Shown: piece after piece, positions 1-11,718 of the stretch
Position numbering within the stretch: the stretch's first letter is position 1
How the letters are laid out: every line of letters begins with the position of its first letter
Origin: Octopus sinensis
Lineage: Eukaryota
Assembly: GCF_006345805.1 (NCBI RefSeq)
Contig: NC_042997.1
Span: 65,658,001-65,722,000 of the forward strand
Length of the DNA stretch: 64,000 nt
Direction of reading: 5' to 3'
Translations under genes and position numbers: made by a program
Notes under the pieces: generated by a model
The model's input: only the letters and a program-made list of their open reading frames with translations
Told to the model about the DNA's origin: nothing
Database searches by the model: none

Positions 1-604
1 ACCTTGAATACTGTTGTCCACTGTGGTCTCCCCACACAATACAAGGTATCATAAAAGTTGAAGCACCTCAAAGGGCAATCACAAAAAAGATAGATGGCAT
101 GACAGGCCTCGACTATTGGGGTCGGCTAGAAAAGCTAAAACTCTATTCTCTCCAACGTCGTCGTGAGCGCTACATCATCTGCATGATGTGGAAAATATTC
201 CATCAGCATTGCCCAAATGATGTTGGCATCACCTTTAAGGTACATCCAAGGCTTGGGCCCCATGCCATCCGCCCAAAACAAAAATCGCACTCTCATCTCA
301 TAACAACAATACGGCACAATTATTTCACCTCAATTGGCCCCGCTCTCTTTAACATTACACCAAAACACATTAAAACAGAAACTGACCCTATAGGGTTCAA
401 GAAGTCTTTGGACATATTCCTTCAAGAAATCCCGGATAAACCCCCTACACCCGGATATGTCTCTGTAAACAATAATCTCTACTTGAGTGGGCCATAGTGC
501 CCAAATTCTGACTTGAAAGACTTCACCAGGTGGTGCTATTAAGTTAGACATGGCCTGGGCCAATAATGGCCGAAACCTATCAAAGTATCAAAGTATCAAA
601 GTAT
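1..604 (+). mobile_element. 3' end of a CR1-group LINE (ORF2 C-terminus, 3' UTR, tandem-repeat tail); truncated by window start
   Basis: Frame from nt 3 reads LEYCCPLWSPH...VEAPQRAITKKIDGMTGLDYWGRLEKLKLYSLQRRRER, the typical post-RT motif of CR1/L2-group LINEs. Stop at 497; ends in (TATCAAAG)3 at 578-601. Confidence 0.85.
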
Positions 605-1842
605 ATATGTATATATGTACATATTTGTATATATATATATATATATATATATTATATTATATGTATATATATGTATACATATGGGTATACATATATATGA
701 GTTTATATATATATGTATGAATGTGTATGTATATATGTATATCTATGTATTGTAATAAATGGTAATATTTACTAGTGTCTCAATCTAGAATTATATTGAA
801 GAGTTTAACTTTGCTTTAATTCGTATCTATCGTCCCCTTTAAATCTATTTCTTTGAATAAAAATATGAACGCTTTGTTTAAAGAACATATATTTTGTGAC
901 CTTTGGAATTTCACAATGTAAATACTTCATCATTATGGTAGAGACCAAACTCTGCAAAGCGGAATCGCTTCTGTAGTGAAACTATTACAATCCTCTTAGC
1001 TCACAATCTCACCATCATTGTAAAACCACATGCTTATTGCTAACATCTCCTGGCAATTATGTTTAACTTTAAAATGATACATCGTCATATATCAAGTATT
1101 AGTGTACATAACAATATTAATCTCGCAATTAATTTTGGAATAATCCTCTACTGAATTCAGAATCTTTTCAGGAAGGGATTTTCTTAAGAATAAACTGGAT
1201 TCTACAACATTGAGGTCCTTAAAATTTGTATTGCGTAGCATGGAGAGCAGGACAAAAACTCTTAAACACAAAAATAGAAAATTAATTATAATTTGTAATT
1301 CCCCATATAGTTTAAGTGAGCGTTCCAATATTGCTAGCAATTCCCTAAATCTAATAAATAAATATTTCACCGTAGACACTAGATACAGAATAGTTGTTGT
1401 AGTGATACCATCAAGTTAGCGGCATTTGCTCCGAAAGCTTTGCAACATCTATTACACATAAACAAAAAAAATGATTGAATCACTTTTCTGACAGAATAGT
1501 TGGCCAACTATTTTGTCGCAGGTGGAGGCTGAGTCGATTACATTGTTTCCAGCTTTTGAAAGTACCAGTGAAGCACTAGAGTTGATTTAATCGACTAAAA
1601 ATCTCCCGCTAAAATTATTAACCTTGTACCTAAATATCGATTATTATTATTTTAAAAAAGAGAAAGAAATTGTTTTTGTTATCGTTTTTATTTTTGTTAC
1701 ATTAGCTTCGCTGGAGACTATGGTTTGTGACGTCTAAACCATAAAATTGGCAATACTGTCAATACTTTTCCAAGCAAGGCACCATTTAACTGTCATTAGG
1801 CCACATAGGAAAGCAAATATTTTTGGATTTTAAATCCTGGAA

Positions 1843-2065
1843 CAGTGGTTCTCAATCGCTTTGTGTTTGCGGCGCTCTAAAGATTAAACCAAAATCTTAC
1901 TGGCGCGTTTCAAATGGAAAGTTAAAAATAGCCGATTCATTCCACAATGGAAGCTTAAAAATAATCATGTTTTCAAGTCAGAAATTTAGAAAACAAACAG
2001 AAAGATATTGCTTATTTTGTTTCTTTGATCATATACTTGTTATAAGATAACTAAGAAAACACATT
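1843..2065. mobile_element. Degenerate hAT-type MITE
   Basis: Starts CAGTGGTTCTCAA like the MITE at 61989; right terminus is degenerate. Confidence 0.35.
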
Positions 2066-2344
2066 TGTCAAGATGGTCAACGATTACAAAAGATTTTCTA
2101 AACCTTAACCTTTCACTGTCCTGTGTATCACGCGATACACAGAACATATTTCACTGGCCTCCATGCGTCATATATTACGCAATAGCCATATTTTTTTCAA
2201 CCACCAGAATAACTTGGGACTTATGAAAGGAAAGCTTTATATTACTCAGAGCATATGAAACAACGGCTTACCAAAAGTCTGAAAACAAATATAGGCATTA
2301 AAACTTGCAAGACTGCTTTCGACTGACAAACAGTTAAATAATCT

Positions 2345-2490
2345 ACTACAGGCACAAGGCCTGAAATTTGGCATGAAGGCCAGGCAAGGCAAGGCAAGGC
2401 CAAGTCGATTACATCGACACCAATGCGTAACTGGTACTTGTTACATCGATCCCGGATGGATAAAAGACAAAGTCGACCTGGGCGGGCAAA
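2345..2490 (-). mobile_element. SINE family A fragment
   Basis: Matches the body (gtcgattacatcgac...actggtac...aaagtcgacct) of complete copies in the window. Confidence 0.7.
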
Positions 2491-2609
2491 CGGTTAATAA
2501 TATATTTTTTTTATTAATCCGCAGTGTACTGTTTAAGAACCACTATGCTAGGATATGAAACTTTTAGGTGCGTTAATTGTTTAAGCAAACTTTGTAATAA
2601 TCCTTTCGA

Positions 2610-2999
2610 TTAAAGGTACAAGGCCTGAAATTTTAGGTGAGAAGATTAATCACTTATATCTTTCCCAGTGTTTCACTCTAGCACTTAATTATCAACTGCG
2701 AAAAAATGAAAGCAAACTCAACCCCGGCGGCAAATGTACTCAGAATGTAAAGACTGATGAACTACCTATTTATTTACTACCCACAAGAGGCTAAACACAG
2801 AGAGGACAAACAAGGACAGACAAAGGGATTAAGTCGATTATATCGACCCCAGTGCGTAACTGGTACTTAATTTATCGACCCCGAAAGAATGAAAGGCAAA
2901 GTCGACCTCGGCAGAATTTGAACTCAGAAGGTGACGGCAGACGAAATACAGCTACACATTTCGCCCGGCGTGCTAACGTTTCTGCCAGCTCACCGCCTT
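2610..2999 (-). mobile_element. SINE family A: young full copy (2765-2999) joined to a headless older copy (2610-2762)
   Basis: Minus strand has head GGCGGTGAGCTGGCAGAAACG, B-box-like GAGTTCAAATTC, body and tail TTTAGCCTCTTGTGGGTAGTAAA, then a second body. Confidence 0.85.
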
Positions 3000-3699
3000 G
3001 AACAAACTTTATAATAATGACCGATCTTTTACACCGTGCATTTATCTATAATGACTATCACTGAATTCTGACATATACATATATCCTGCAGTTTATGAGA
3101 TGTGAATAACCAGAGCTCAAATGGCAATTATTCACACCGAAAGTATAACAGACTAAGTCGACACCCGCCTGGTTTGAAATCAGAATGTATCGTTACGCAA
3201 TTAAATATCACCGATCATTTTAGTTAATCTAAAAAAAATCTCCTAAATTACTAACATCAAACAGAGAACGATTATTTTAAGAGTTTGCTAACTCAATGCT
3301 TTAAAGAAGGATCTTAAGATAGACTGAGTATGCAATTAGGTAATTATAGAACTGATGAAAAAAGACTATGAAAATATATTATCGACAGTAAGAACTTTTG
3401 GGGGCGTTTTCTAAAGTGCTTTAGGACTGTGGTTCGGCGATATACTGATTAATATATCAAATATAAAATATAAAGAGTTTAATCACTTCAGAAATAGGAG
3501 AGTTAGTACAACAGGAAAAGTGCTTTCAGTACATTCGTTAGGAAATGAGAAACTATTCGAATGATGTGGCATTAGTATTAAAACTTCGATCAACTATTTT
3601 TTATGAATACTTCAATAATATATAAGTAATGTTCTATCTCAAAACTGGTATATTCAGTAGTGACATTGAAGTTCGTGTATTATGATTAATTACATCACC

Positions 3700-3834
3700 T
3701 ATTCGCCGACCATATGGTTCCGGCTTCGGTCCCAGGGCGTGGCACCTTTTGTCACTGTTTTCTACTGTAGCCTCGCGCGAACCAAAGCCTTCTGAGTGGA
3801 TTTGGTAGACCGAAACTGAATCAAGCACGCCGCA

Positions 3835-3835
<1 letters not shown>
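3700..3835 (+). mobile_element. SINE family B, 5' part
   Basis: catggttccgg...gcgtggcacc...ccaaagcc...gagtggatttggtagac.gaaactga matches the copy at 7670-8087. Confidence 0.75.
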
Positions 3836-3879
<44 letters not shown>

Positions 3880-3917
3880 TGCATATATATAGATATATAT
3901 ATATATATATATATATA

Positions 3918-3955
<38 letters not shown>

Positions 3956-3957
3956 TA

Positions 3958-3989
<32 letters not shown>

Positions 3990-4022
3990 GCATATATATA
4001 ATATATATATATATATATATTA

Positions 4023-4113
<91 letters not shown>

Positions 4114-4275
4114 ATATATATATAATATATTATATATATATATATATATATGCTATATATATATATATATATATATATATGCATATATATATATATATAT
4201 ATATATCTATGCATATATATATATAGATATATATATATATATATATGCATATATATATCTATATTATATATATGC

Positions 4276-4339
<64 letters not shown>

Positions 4340-4347
4340 TATATATA

Positions 4348-4383
<36 letters not shown>

Positions 4384-4452
4384 GATATAATATTATATAT
4401 ATATATATGATATATAATATATATATGTGTTGTGTGTGTGTGTGTGTGTGTG
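3836..4452. repeat. Long interrupted (TA)n array with TGCA variants, followed by (TG)n
   Basis: Seen directly; source of the YIYI ORFs. Confidence 0.95.
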
Positions 4453-4719
4453 TACAGACAGAGAGGGCAATAATGATGAGACAGATACATAACGGCCGAG
4501 AAAAAAAATTTCAGAGAAAAAGCATTACAGGGAGTGAGTAAAAGAAAGGAAAAGGAGGTAGAAAGAGTGTTACACAGCTACTAGACAGTTGCTTATTTCT
4601 TGTGTCGTTTCTGTCAATATTGTATCCTTTAGTTTGATTTATGTGTAGGAGTGTTGTATGCATACGTCTGTGTATTCCTTGAGTGTATTTGTTTGTGTGT
4701 GTTTTATTTTTTTATCTTT

Positions 4720-5080
4720 TAAAGTGTTTCAGTCATTGGACTGCAGCCATGCTGGGGGCACCACATCGAGAAGTTTTTAGCTGAACATATCGACCCCTGC
4801 GCTTAATTTTATTTTCTTTTTTTTCTTTTTTGCTAAGGCTGCTACTTATTCTATCGGTGTCTTTGCTACAAACACAGGTTGTGAAGCAGTGATGAGAGAC
4901 AAACACACACACACATGTATATATCAACGGCTCCTTTCAATTTCGGCTACCAAATCCAGTCACAAGGCTTTGGTCGGTCCTAGGCTATTGTAGAAGACAT
5001 TAGCCCAAAATACAATACAGTGGGACTGGACCCATGTGGTTCGGAAGCAAGCTTCTCACCACACAACAGTGCTTGCACTT
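4720..5080 (-). mobile_element. SINE family B, diverged
   Basis: Colinear with 7670-8087 (gtttcagtcatt...gccatgctgg ... agcttctcaccacaca). Confidence 0.8.
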
Positions 5081-5844
5081 GTGCGTAAGTTTGTTTTCTA
5101 CGTATATGTTTTGTAGCTCAGTGCAGTTGTATACGAAGCGTGACCAATCGATCAACATCCACTGTGGAGAGAACCTATTACCACGCTTTTCAAAATCTGT
5201 TCCATGATGGTAGCTTCTCATTTAAGAATATTTTACTTGTATCTGTATCATATATAGCTGGTAATTGTTTCAGTTATACAGCACCATGAAACTTTAAACA
5301 TACATACATGCAGTCATACATAAAACTGTAAGATGTGATTTGATGATCAAGTAACTGCTACTTCTAGCAGGTCTAGATTCCACATACATGTCTGCTTTGT
5401 TAACTCATAATACATGACAGCAATGTGAGTGTAGTTTGAAGGAAATTTGGTTGCTATTGCTTGCAGGTCCAGCTAATATGTAGAGGTCTCTGTCCTTGTC
5501 TCAGTAACATTGACATTAAGCAAGAAGCAATTTTGAGGGTAACTGTCAGGTTTTCCTAAATAGATAGAGTATCTGGTATTGGCTTATACATACATATTGA
5601 AATACGAAAGGAGAAGGGTCTGATTTGAAGATCTGCCTGCTATATCTAGAAAACATGGTACTATATAGAGGCCTTCGTTTTTCGTTTATAAGTGCAGATA
5701 TTCATAAGACAGTAAAAAGATATTTGAGGAACATTTGGCTTCTATTACTAAGATGTCCAGCGACTACTTGGATGATCACTCGTAAAACAACATCAGCAAA
5801 CACAACGACAACAGCGTTATGTATACTTGTTGTGTGCTCTTCCC

Positions 5845-6030
5845 TAATTTTGGCACAAATTCAGCAGTTTTGAGGGGAAGCCAGTTCCATCGACACCAGT
5901 GCTCGACTGGTATTTATTCTATCATCTTTGAAAATCGACCTCACCAGAATTTGTATTCAGCACTTAAAGCCGAAATAAATACCACTAAAGATTTTGTCCG
6001 GTGTACTAACAATTCTGTCCTTTCGTCGCT
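5845..6030 (-). mobile_element. SINE family A, old degenerate copy
   Basis: tttggcacaa...catcgacaccagtgctcgactggtat...cagaatttgtattcag. Confidence 0.55.
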
Positions 6031-6359
6031 ATTTGATATAGTTTTATATGCCAGTAAATATATTATTAAGTATGACCTTTACTTAAAACAGTGGAGGATG
6101 ACATTTGGCTATTATTTCTTAGAAAGCAAGCGACTATAGATTTCCCATGAATTTCGAACGAACTTACTTGTCAATAACTCTTGGTCTTTTCTTTTTCTTC
6201 TTTGTCTCTCTAAAATGAGTGTAGCTTTGTAAAAGTGTGACTATATATGCGTGTATGAACGCACGTATGTATGTTTGAATGTATGTTTGTATGCATAGAT
6301 GTATGGAAGTAAGCGTGTGTCTTCGTATATTTACGTGTACAGAAAAGTGGCTAGGTGTA

Positions 6360-7205
6360 TTTGTATGTATGTGTGTATGTATTTTATCTACGCATGTATG
6401 TATGCATGTATGTATGTATGCATGTATGTATGCATGTATGTATATATGTATACATGTATGTATGTATGTATGTATGTATGTATGTACGTATGCATGCATG
6501 CATGTATGTATGTATGTACGTATGCATGCATGCATGTATGTATGTAATTATTCAGCTCTATTTCAAGATTTCTTGCCAAAAGAGAAACAGACGATTCACA
6601 ATTCTAACCTAGATCCAAGGCTCCTTTATTGGAATTTCAACATCAGAGTATTTTTCCATGTATGTGTTAATATGTGAAGTATTTGGAATCGGTGCATGTA
6701 CAGATTTATACATGTTGTTCTTTGTATGCATTCTCATGCTCTCATGAATATAGTTGCGTGTCCTGACATGCGCATATATACTTAAATGATAAACTGGCGA
6801 ATAGTTTTACAAATTTTTTACAGTTCCAGCGATGGCTTAGATCTGTAGCTTTCGAATCAGCTTTCTATATATGTATGTATGCATGCATGTCATTCAGTTT
6901 CATTTCAAGATTTCTTGCCAATAGAGAAAGATTCGGTTTCTCATCTTGATCCAAGGCTCCTCCATTGGAATTTCAACATCAAAAGCAGGGTATTTTTGTA
7001 TGTATGTATGTATGTATGTATGTATGTATGTCTACGTGCAGATTTGTATGTTTTGTTTTATGTGTGTATTCTCATGCATATACTGGCATATCTAGAAATG
7101 CTCATATATACTTAAATGATAAACGTCTAGAAAATTCTACAGATTTTTACAGATCCAGTGATGGCTTAGATCTGTAGTCTTCGAATCAGCTTTCTCCTTT
7201 CTGGT
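6360..7205 (+). repeat. (TATG)n array followed by two tandem ~320-bp copies of an unclassified repeat (6550-6868 and 6890-7205)
   Basis: Both copies share tttcaagatttcttgccaa, gatccaaggctcct, tggaatttcaacatca, cttaaatgataaac and gatggcttagatctgtag..ttcgaatcagctttct. Confidence 0.85.
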
Positions 7206-7229
7206 AGATATATATGTGCATATATATAT

Positions 7230-7324
<95 letters not shown>

Positions 7325-7328
<4 letters not shown>

Positions 7329-7665
7329 AATATTAGGGAATAAATCCAAACTTACAGGGAAAAATCAGATTTAGGATTGAATCCAATTTTATAGTAAAAT
7401 ATTATATTATATTAAATTAGAGACAAAACCACTATTAGGCAAATAAAACAATGAAAGACTTAAGCCAATACATATGATTAATTTATATTATTTAAATATG
7501 TAACAAAATTATTAAAAAATATAATTAATATCCCACAATTATATTATATTTTTTAATAATTTTGTTACATATTTAAATAATATAAATTGATCATATGTAT
7601 TGGCTTAAGTCTTTCATTGTTTGATTTGCCTAATAGTGGTTTTGTCTCTAATTTAATATAATATA
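7325..7665 (-). mobile_element. (TA)n-anchored Penelope-like terminus with long inverted repeat (arms ~7403-7525 and 7543-7665)
   Basis: First ~150 bp match 39760-39900, which leads into a hammerhead; arms are near-perfect reverse complements. Confidence 0.65.
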
Positions 7666-7669
7666 TATA

Positions 7670-8087
7670 CTCTTACTCTCTCTTTTACTCTTTTACTTGT
7701 TTCAGTCATTTGACTGCGGCCATGCTGGAGCACCGCCTTTAGTCGAGCAAATCGACCCTGGGACTTATTCTTTGTAAGCCCAGTACTTATTCTATCGGTC
7801 TCTTTTGCCGAACCGCTAAGTGACGGGGACGTAAACACACCAGCATCGGTTGTCAAGCAATGCTAGGGGGACAAACACAGACACACAAACACACACATAC
7901 ATATATATATATATACATATATACGACAGGCTTCTTTCAGTTTCCGTCTACCAAATCCACTCACAAGTCATTGGTCGGCCCGGGGCTATAGCAGAAGACG
8001 CTTGCCCAAGATGCCACGCAGTGGGACTGAACCTGGAACCATGTGGTTGGTTAGCAAGCTACTTACCACACATCCACTCCTGCGCCT
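7670..8087 (-). mobile_element. SINE family B, near full length
   Basis: Minus strand has a tRNA-like head (GTGTGGTAAG...GGTTCAGTCCC), CTTGGGCAAG core-like segment, internal (TA)/(TG) tract and (GTAAAAGA)-type tail. Confidence 0.9.
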
Positions 8088-8372
8088 ATATATATATATA
8101 TTATATATATATATATATATTATATTATATTATATTATATTATATTATATTATATTAACCATGTCTTTACTATTCATATCATGTCTTTTGAAATAAACAA
8201 TGAAATATGAAGTTGCACAAGATTCTTTCTTTTTCACTTGAATTGAAATCCCATTACAAAAACAAACAAACATTGATTGCAGTAGAATGGTCATTAAATG
8301 GTTTCAAATCAACCATACGCTCAGTCAATTCTTCCACATTAAGTCATCAGTAAAATGTATGAATTAGCATTA

Positions 8373-8820
8373 CTACAGTAGAATTAGCCTGATTCGTCTT
8401 TGGATAATTCGTTACTTCACCTAAATCGTCACTTTCAATTTTCTCCTAGGGATGAATAATTAGGCAAATTCTACTGCTATTTTAAAAAACAAATTGCATG
8501 TTATTTCATTTTTAACTGCTTTTTTCCAAAAATAAGCCCATGGGCTTAAATACAGACTTAAATAATTTTGCTTCAATATTTTTTTTCTGAAAATAATAAA
8601 AATACATGAAACAAGTTTCTGACTATAAGCCCATAGGCTTAAAATCGGATGGGCTTACTTTTGGAAAGCCCAGTAAGGTTTTTATAATTTTTGTTCTAAT
8701 AAAATATAGTCAATTTTAAAAGTTTTTCTTGGCTGTAATATTTTAAGTACAGTAGAATTTAAATTTTAAGTACTTTTTAGTTTCCTTTAGAGGTGAAGAA
8801 TTAGGCAAATTCTACTGTGG
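8373..8820. mobile_element. MITE-like units with CAGTAGAATT.../...AATTCTACTG ends, with a second TIR element at 8524-8666
   Basis: Inverted pairs at 8375/8478 and 8750/8818; TTCCAAAAATAAGCCCA versus TGGGCTTACTTTTGGAA. Confidence 0.45.
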
Positions 8821-9940
8821 AAATCTTGTTCTGTATTTTTCTAGGTGTAATAACTTAAGAATATTAACATGCATGCGCCCGCATTCTTCATTGTAATTTT
8901 TAAAATACAAAAATAGCCAACGCATCCACCGTAAAAGCAGTAGGAGCTATCTGCTCTTGTTAAGGGAAAGTTAGTTTGTTAGTCGAAATTCATGCAAAAT
9001 AACGACTGCAATCCAGCTACAGTTCTTTTCAACTTAACTAAAAAAAAAAATGTCTGGATCTTGCTACTCTGAAAATCATTTCATAGTATCTTAAAGAGAA
9101 AAACCTTGTCAATTTACCCTAAGAAATAATAATCTAAATTCTGCTATTCTTGATATTGAATTAAAGTTTAAAAGCAAAGAAAAGACGTAGTAAAACTTCA
9201 GAAGTTCTTACAACTTTGGTTGTCGTAATGCTTTGTTTTCGCTTGTTTAATAAAAATTCCTTCTCTTGCTTTCATTTTGTAATAGACAACTATCATGCAG
9301 AAAATGCCAACTTCTAAATCCTGTTTTACAAAAATATGCGAATCAGTAATATGATGCGGTACAGAAAGTTATTAAACACTTTATAAATCTAAATACGAAA
9401 GAAGCCAGGATACACGTTCAAATAACAGTGAGAAATTCAGTTTGTACACACATGGGTTTTATTCAAGAATATCATAATTGAAGAAATTCAACTGTTTGTA
9501 AAAATAATCAAAAGGCAATATTTTTGTTTTGTTCTAAAAAAAATAATTTATTTTACATTCTTTTAGAACGCTGAATAATTGTGAGCAAAAGGAATTTTTA
9601 CTGTGTACAAACATTAAAATTCAGACCTCAGTCGGACGAGTATATAGTGGAAGATATGAATGGATTTGGTTTCACATACTACATATTTACATACGTTCAA
9701 CTGCCTTAAAGATGAAGCTGGATATAAAATGCATAGTATAGACGCGAGTACTGCTGAAAAGACCAAATTCCGAAATCCTGCCTGCCCAAGAACACCTAAC
9801 TTGCGCCCAGTGAAACAAATAGTTTCATGTCTTACTGTTTTCTGATTAGGTGAAAATAATTAAACCTTAAATCTTAGTAACATTTTTCTGCAATAAGTAT
9901 ATATGTATGTACGTACGTATCTATCTATCTATATATATAT

Positions 9941-9996
<56 letters not shown>

Positions 9997-9999
<3 letters not shown>

Positions 10000-10550
10000 G
10001 AAAATGCTGACAAAATAATTTAAGTAATTTAATTAGGTGAAAGTTCTTTTTACCGGTTGCGCATTTGTTATGCTTATCAAAAGTTTTTTCCTCTTATCTG
10101 ACTTTATGTTGGGTTTGCTGTCTCTTATATATGAAAAAAGAGGCTCCAGAGTTGTTTAAGATTTGCTTGGTTTCGCGCCTAAAATTTCTTGTGGGCAATG
10201 GTCAATACAATTTTGATTGGTCATTATGAAGGGGTCACGTGAATGTTTGAATGGAAGTTGGTGTTGGGGTAAGAAAAAAGGCTCCAGAGAAGTTAAAATT
10301 TGGCTAGTGTCGCGCCTAAAATTTCTTATTGGTCATAATAAAGAGGTCACGTGGATGTGGTCATAATAGAGAGGTCACGTGAATGTTTAGAATTTTCGAA
10401 AATAGCGTTGTTGAGAATTCTTATTGTTCAGGCTGGTCAGTAGACGTCATGTGGATATTTTAAATAGCTTTTTAGCGCGTAGTTAGGGAGTGTATTTTCC
10501 GCTTGACTGAATTTGAGCTGGATAAGTAAGTTCGTTTAGGACAAGAAGAG
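9997..10550 (-). mobile_element. (TA)n-flanked repeat, probable Penelope-like pLTR, with internal duplications and a degenerate hammerhead-like motif
   Basis: Bounded by (TA)n on both sides; duplicated aaaaag(a)ggctccagag...tcgcgcctaaaatttctt; hammerhead-like motif at ~10046-10085 on minus. Confidence 0.45.
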
Positions 10551-10845
10551 CTATATGTATGTATGTGTGTGCGCGCGCGCGTGTGTGTGTGTATGTATGT
10601 ATATATATGTATTGTATGTATATATATGTATATATGTATATATATATATATATATAATATATATGTGTGTATATATATATGTATATATATTGAATATATA
10701 TGTATGTGTATATATATGTATATGTATATATATATATATGTGTGTATATATATATGTATATATATATGAATATATATGTATGTGTATATATATGTGTATG
10801 TATATATATATGTGTGTGTATATATAAATATGTATATATATATAA

Positions 10846-10902
<57 letters not shown>

Positions 10903-10948
10903 AATATGTATATATATATATAAATATGAATATATATATATAAATATG

Positions 10949-10982
<34 letters not shown>

Positions 10983-11007
10983 TATTATATATATATATAT
11001 ATATATA

Positions 11008-11042
<35 letters not shown>

Positions 11043-11080
11043 CAAATATATATATATGTGTATATATGTGTGTGTGTGTA
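10551..11080. repeat. Compound (TA)n/(TG)n microsatellite
   Basis: Seen directly. Confidence 0.95.
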
Positions 11081-11392
11081 GATTCCTGTCGTTGTGGTCT
11101 ATCATATAAGCTGAAATGAAATATAGATTTATTTGAAAATATACTATTTGGACTCAGTCAATTTCAGGCGTTATTCTCCCGTTAGTGACTTCACATATTT
11201 TACTTAAACTTTTCTCTACTGAACCAATATTCATCTTTTTTGCTCGAAATGTAGCTTATGATGTGACCAATCTAAAAATGTTAACATTATATAATTTGTT
11301 CTATATTTAAAAGTTGAGGAATTATGTATATTATTTATATTATTTACATTATTTACATTCGACGGATATTTGTCTTCATCCTGTTTGTTGTT

Positions 11393-11438
11393 AACACAAC
11401 GTTTCGGCTGATATACCCTCCAGCCTTCTTCGGGTGTT
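11393..11438 (-). ncRNA. Minimal type I hammerhead motif, core mutated (CCGAAGA)
   Basis: ACAC CCGAAGA A GGCUG-loop-CAGCC GAAAC GUU GUGU. Confidence 0.7.
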
Positions 11439-11456
11439 TGGGGGAAATTTGCCCAC

Positions 11457-11531
11457 GGGCGTATGGCGTAGTGGTTAAGAGCGCGGGCTACTAACCCCAT
11501 GATTCTGAGTTCGATTTCAAGCAGTGACCTG
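11457..11531 (+). promoter_or_regulatory. tRNA-like Pol III promoter module (A box and B box) inside the pLTR
   Basis: A box TGGCGTAGTGG 11464-11474; anticodon-like hairpin GGG-CTACTAA-CCC; B box GAGTTCGATTTC 11507-11518. Acceptor stem is poor, so not a real tRNA gene. Confidence 0.7.
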
Positions 11532-11672
11532 AACAATAATAATAATAATAATAATAACAATAATAATAATACTAATAATAATAACAATAATAATAATAAT
11601 AATAATAATAATAGCAATAATAACATAGAAAAATACCTTAGAAATGAGAACCCAGGTTCGAAATTTCCTCAA

Positions 11673-11718
11673 GATACCTAAAGAAGTATGGAGGGTATAT
11701 CAGCCGAAACGTTGTGTT
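11673..11718 (+). ncRNA. Minimal type I hammerhead motif, degenerate (CUAAAGA, broken helix II)
   Basis: AUAC CUAAAGA A GUAUG-loop-CAGCC GAAAC GUU GUGU. Confidence 0.6.

Noticed and set aside
3762-4490. ORFs of YIYI, MYVC, HTHT, poly-I/L/N/D type here and across the window
   Set aside because: Translations of microsatellites; no coding signal.
9560-9850. Possible host exon after a ttttag acceptor
   Set aside because: Short open frame with no recognisable protein motif or clear donor; cannot be supported without RNA data.
11457-11531. Functional tRNA gene (apparent anticodon ACT)
   Set aside because: Poor acceptor and T stems, no oligo-T terminator, and always embedded in a repeat; treated as a derived promoter.
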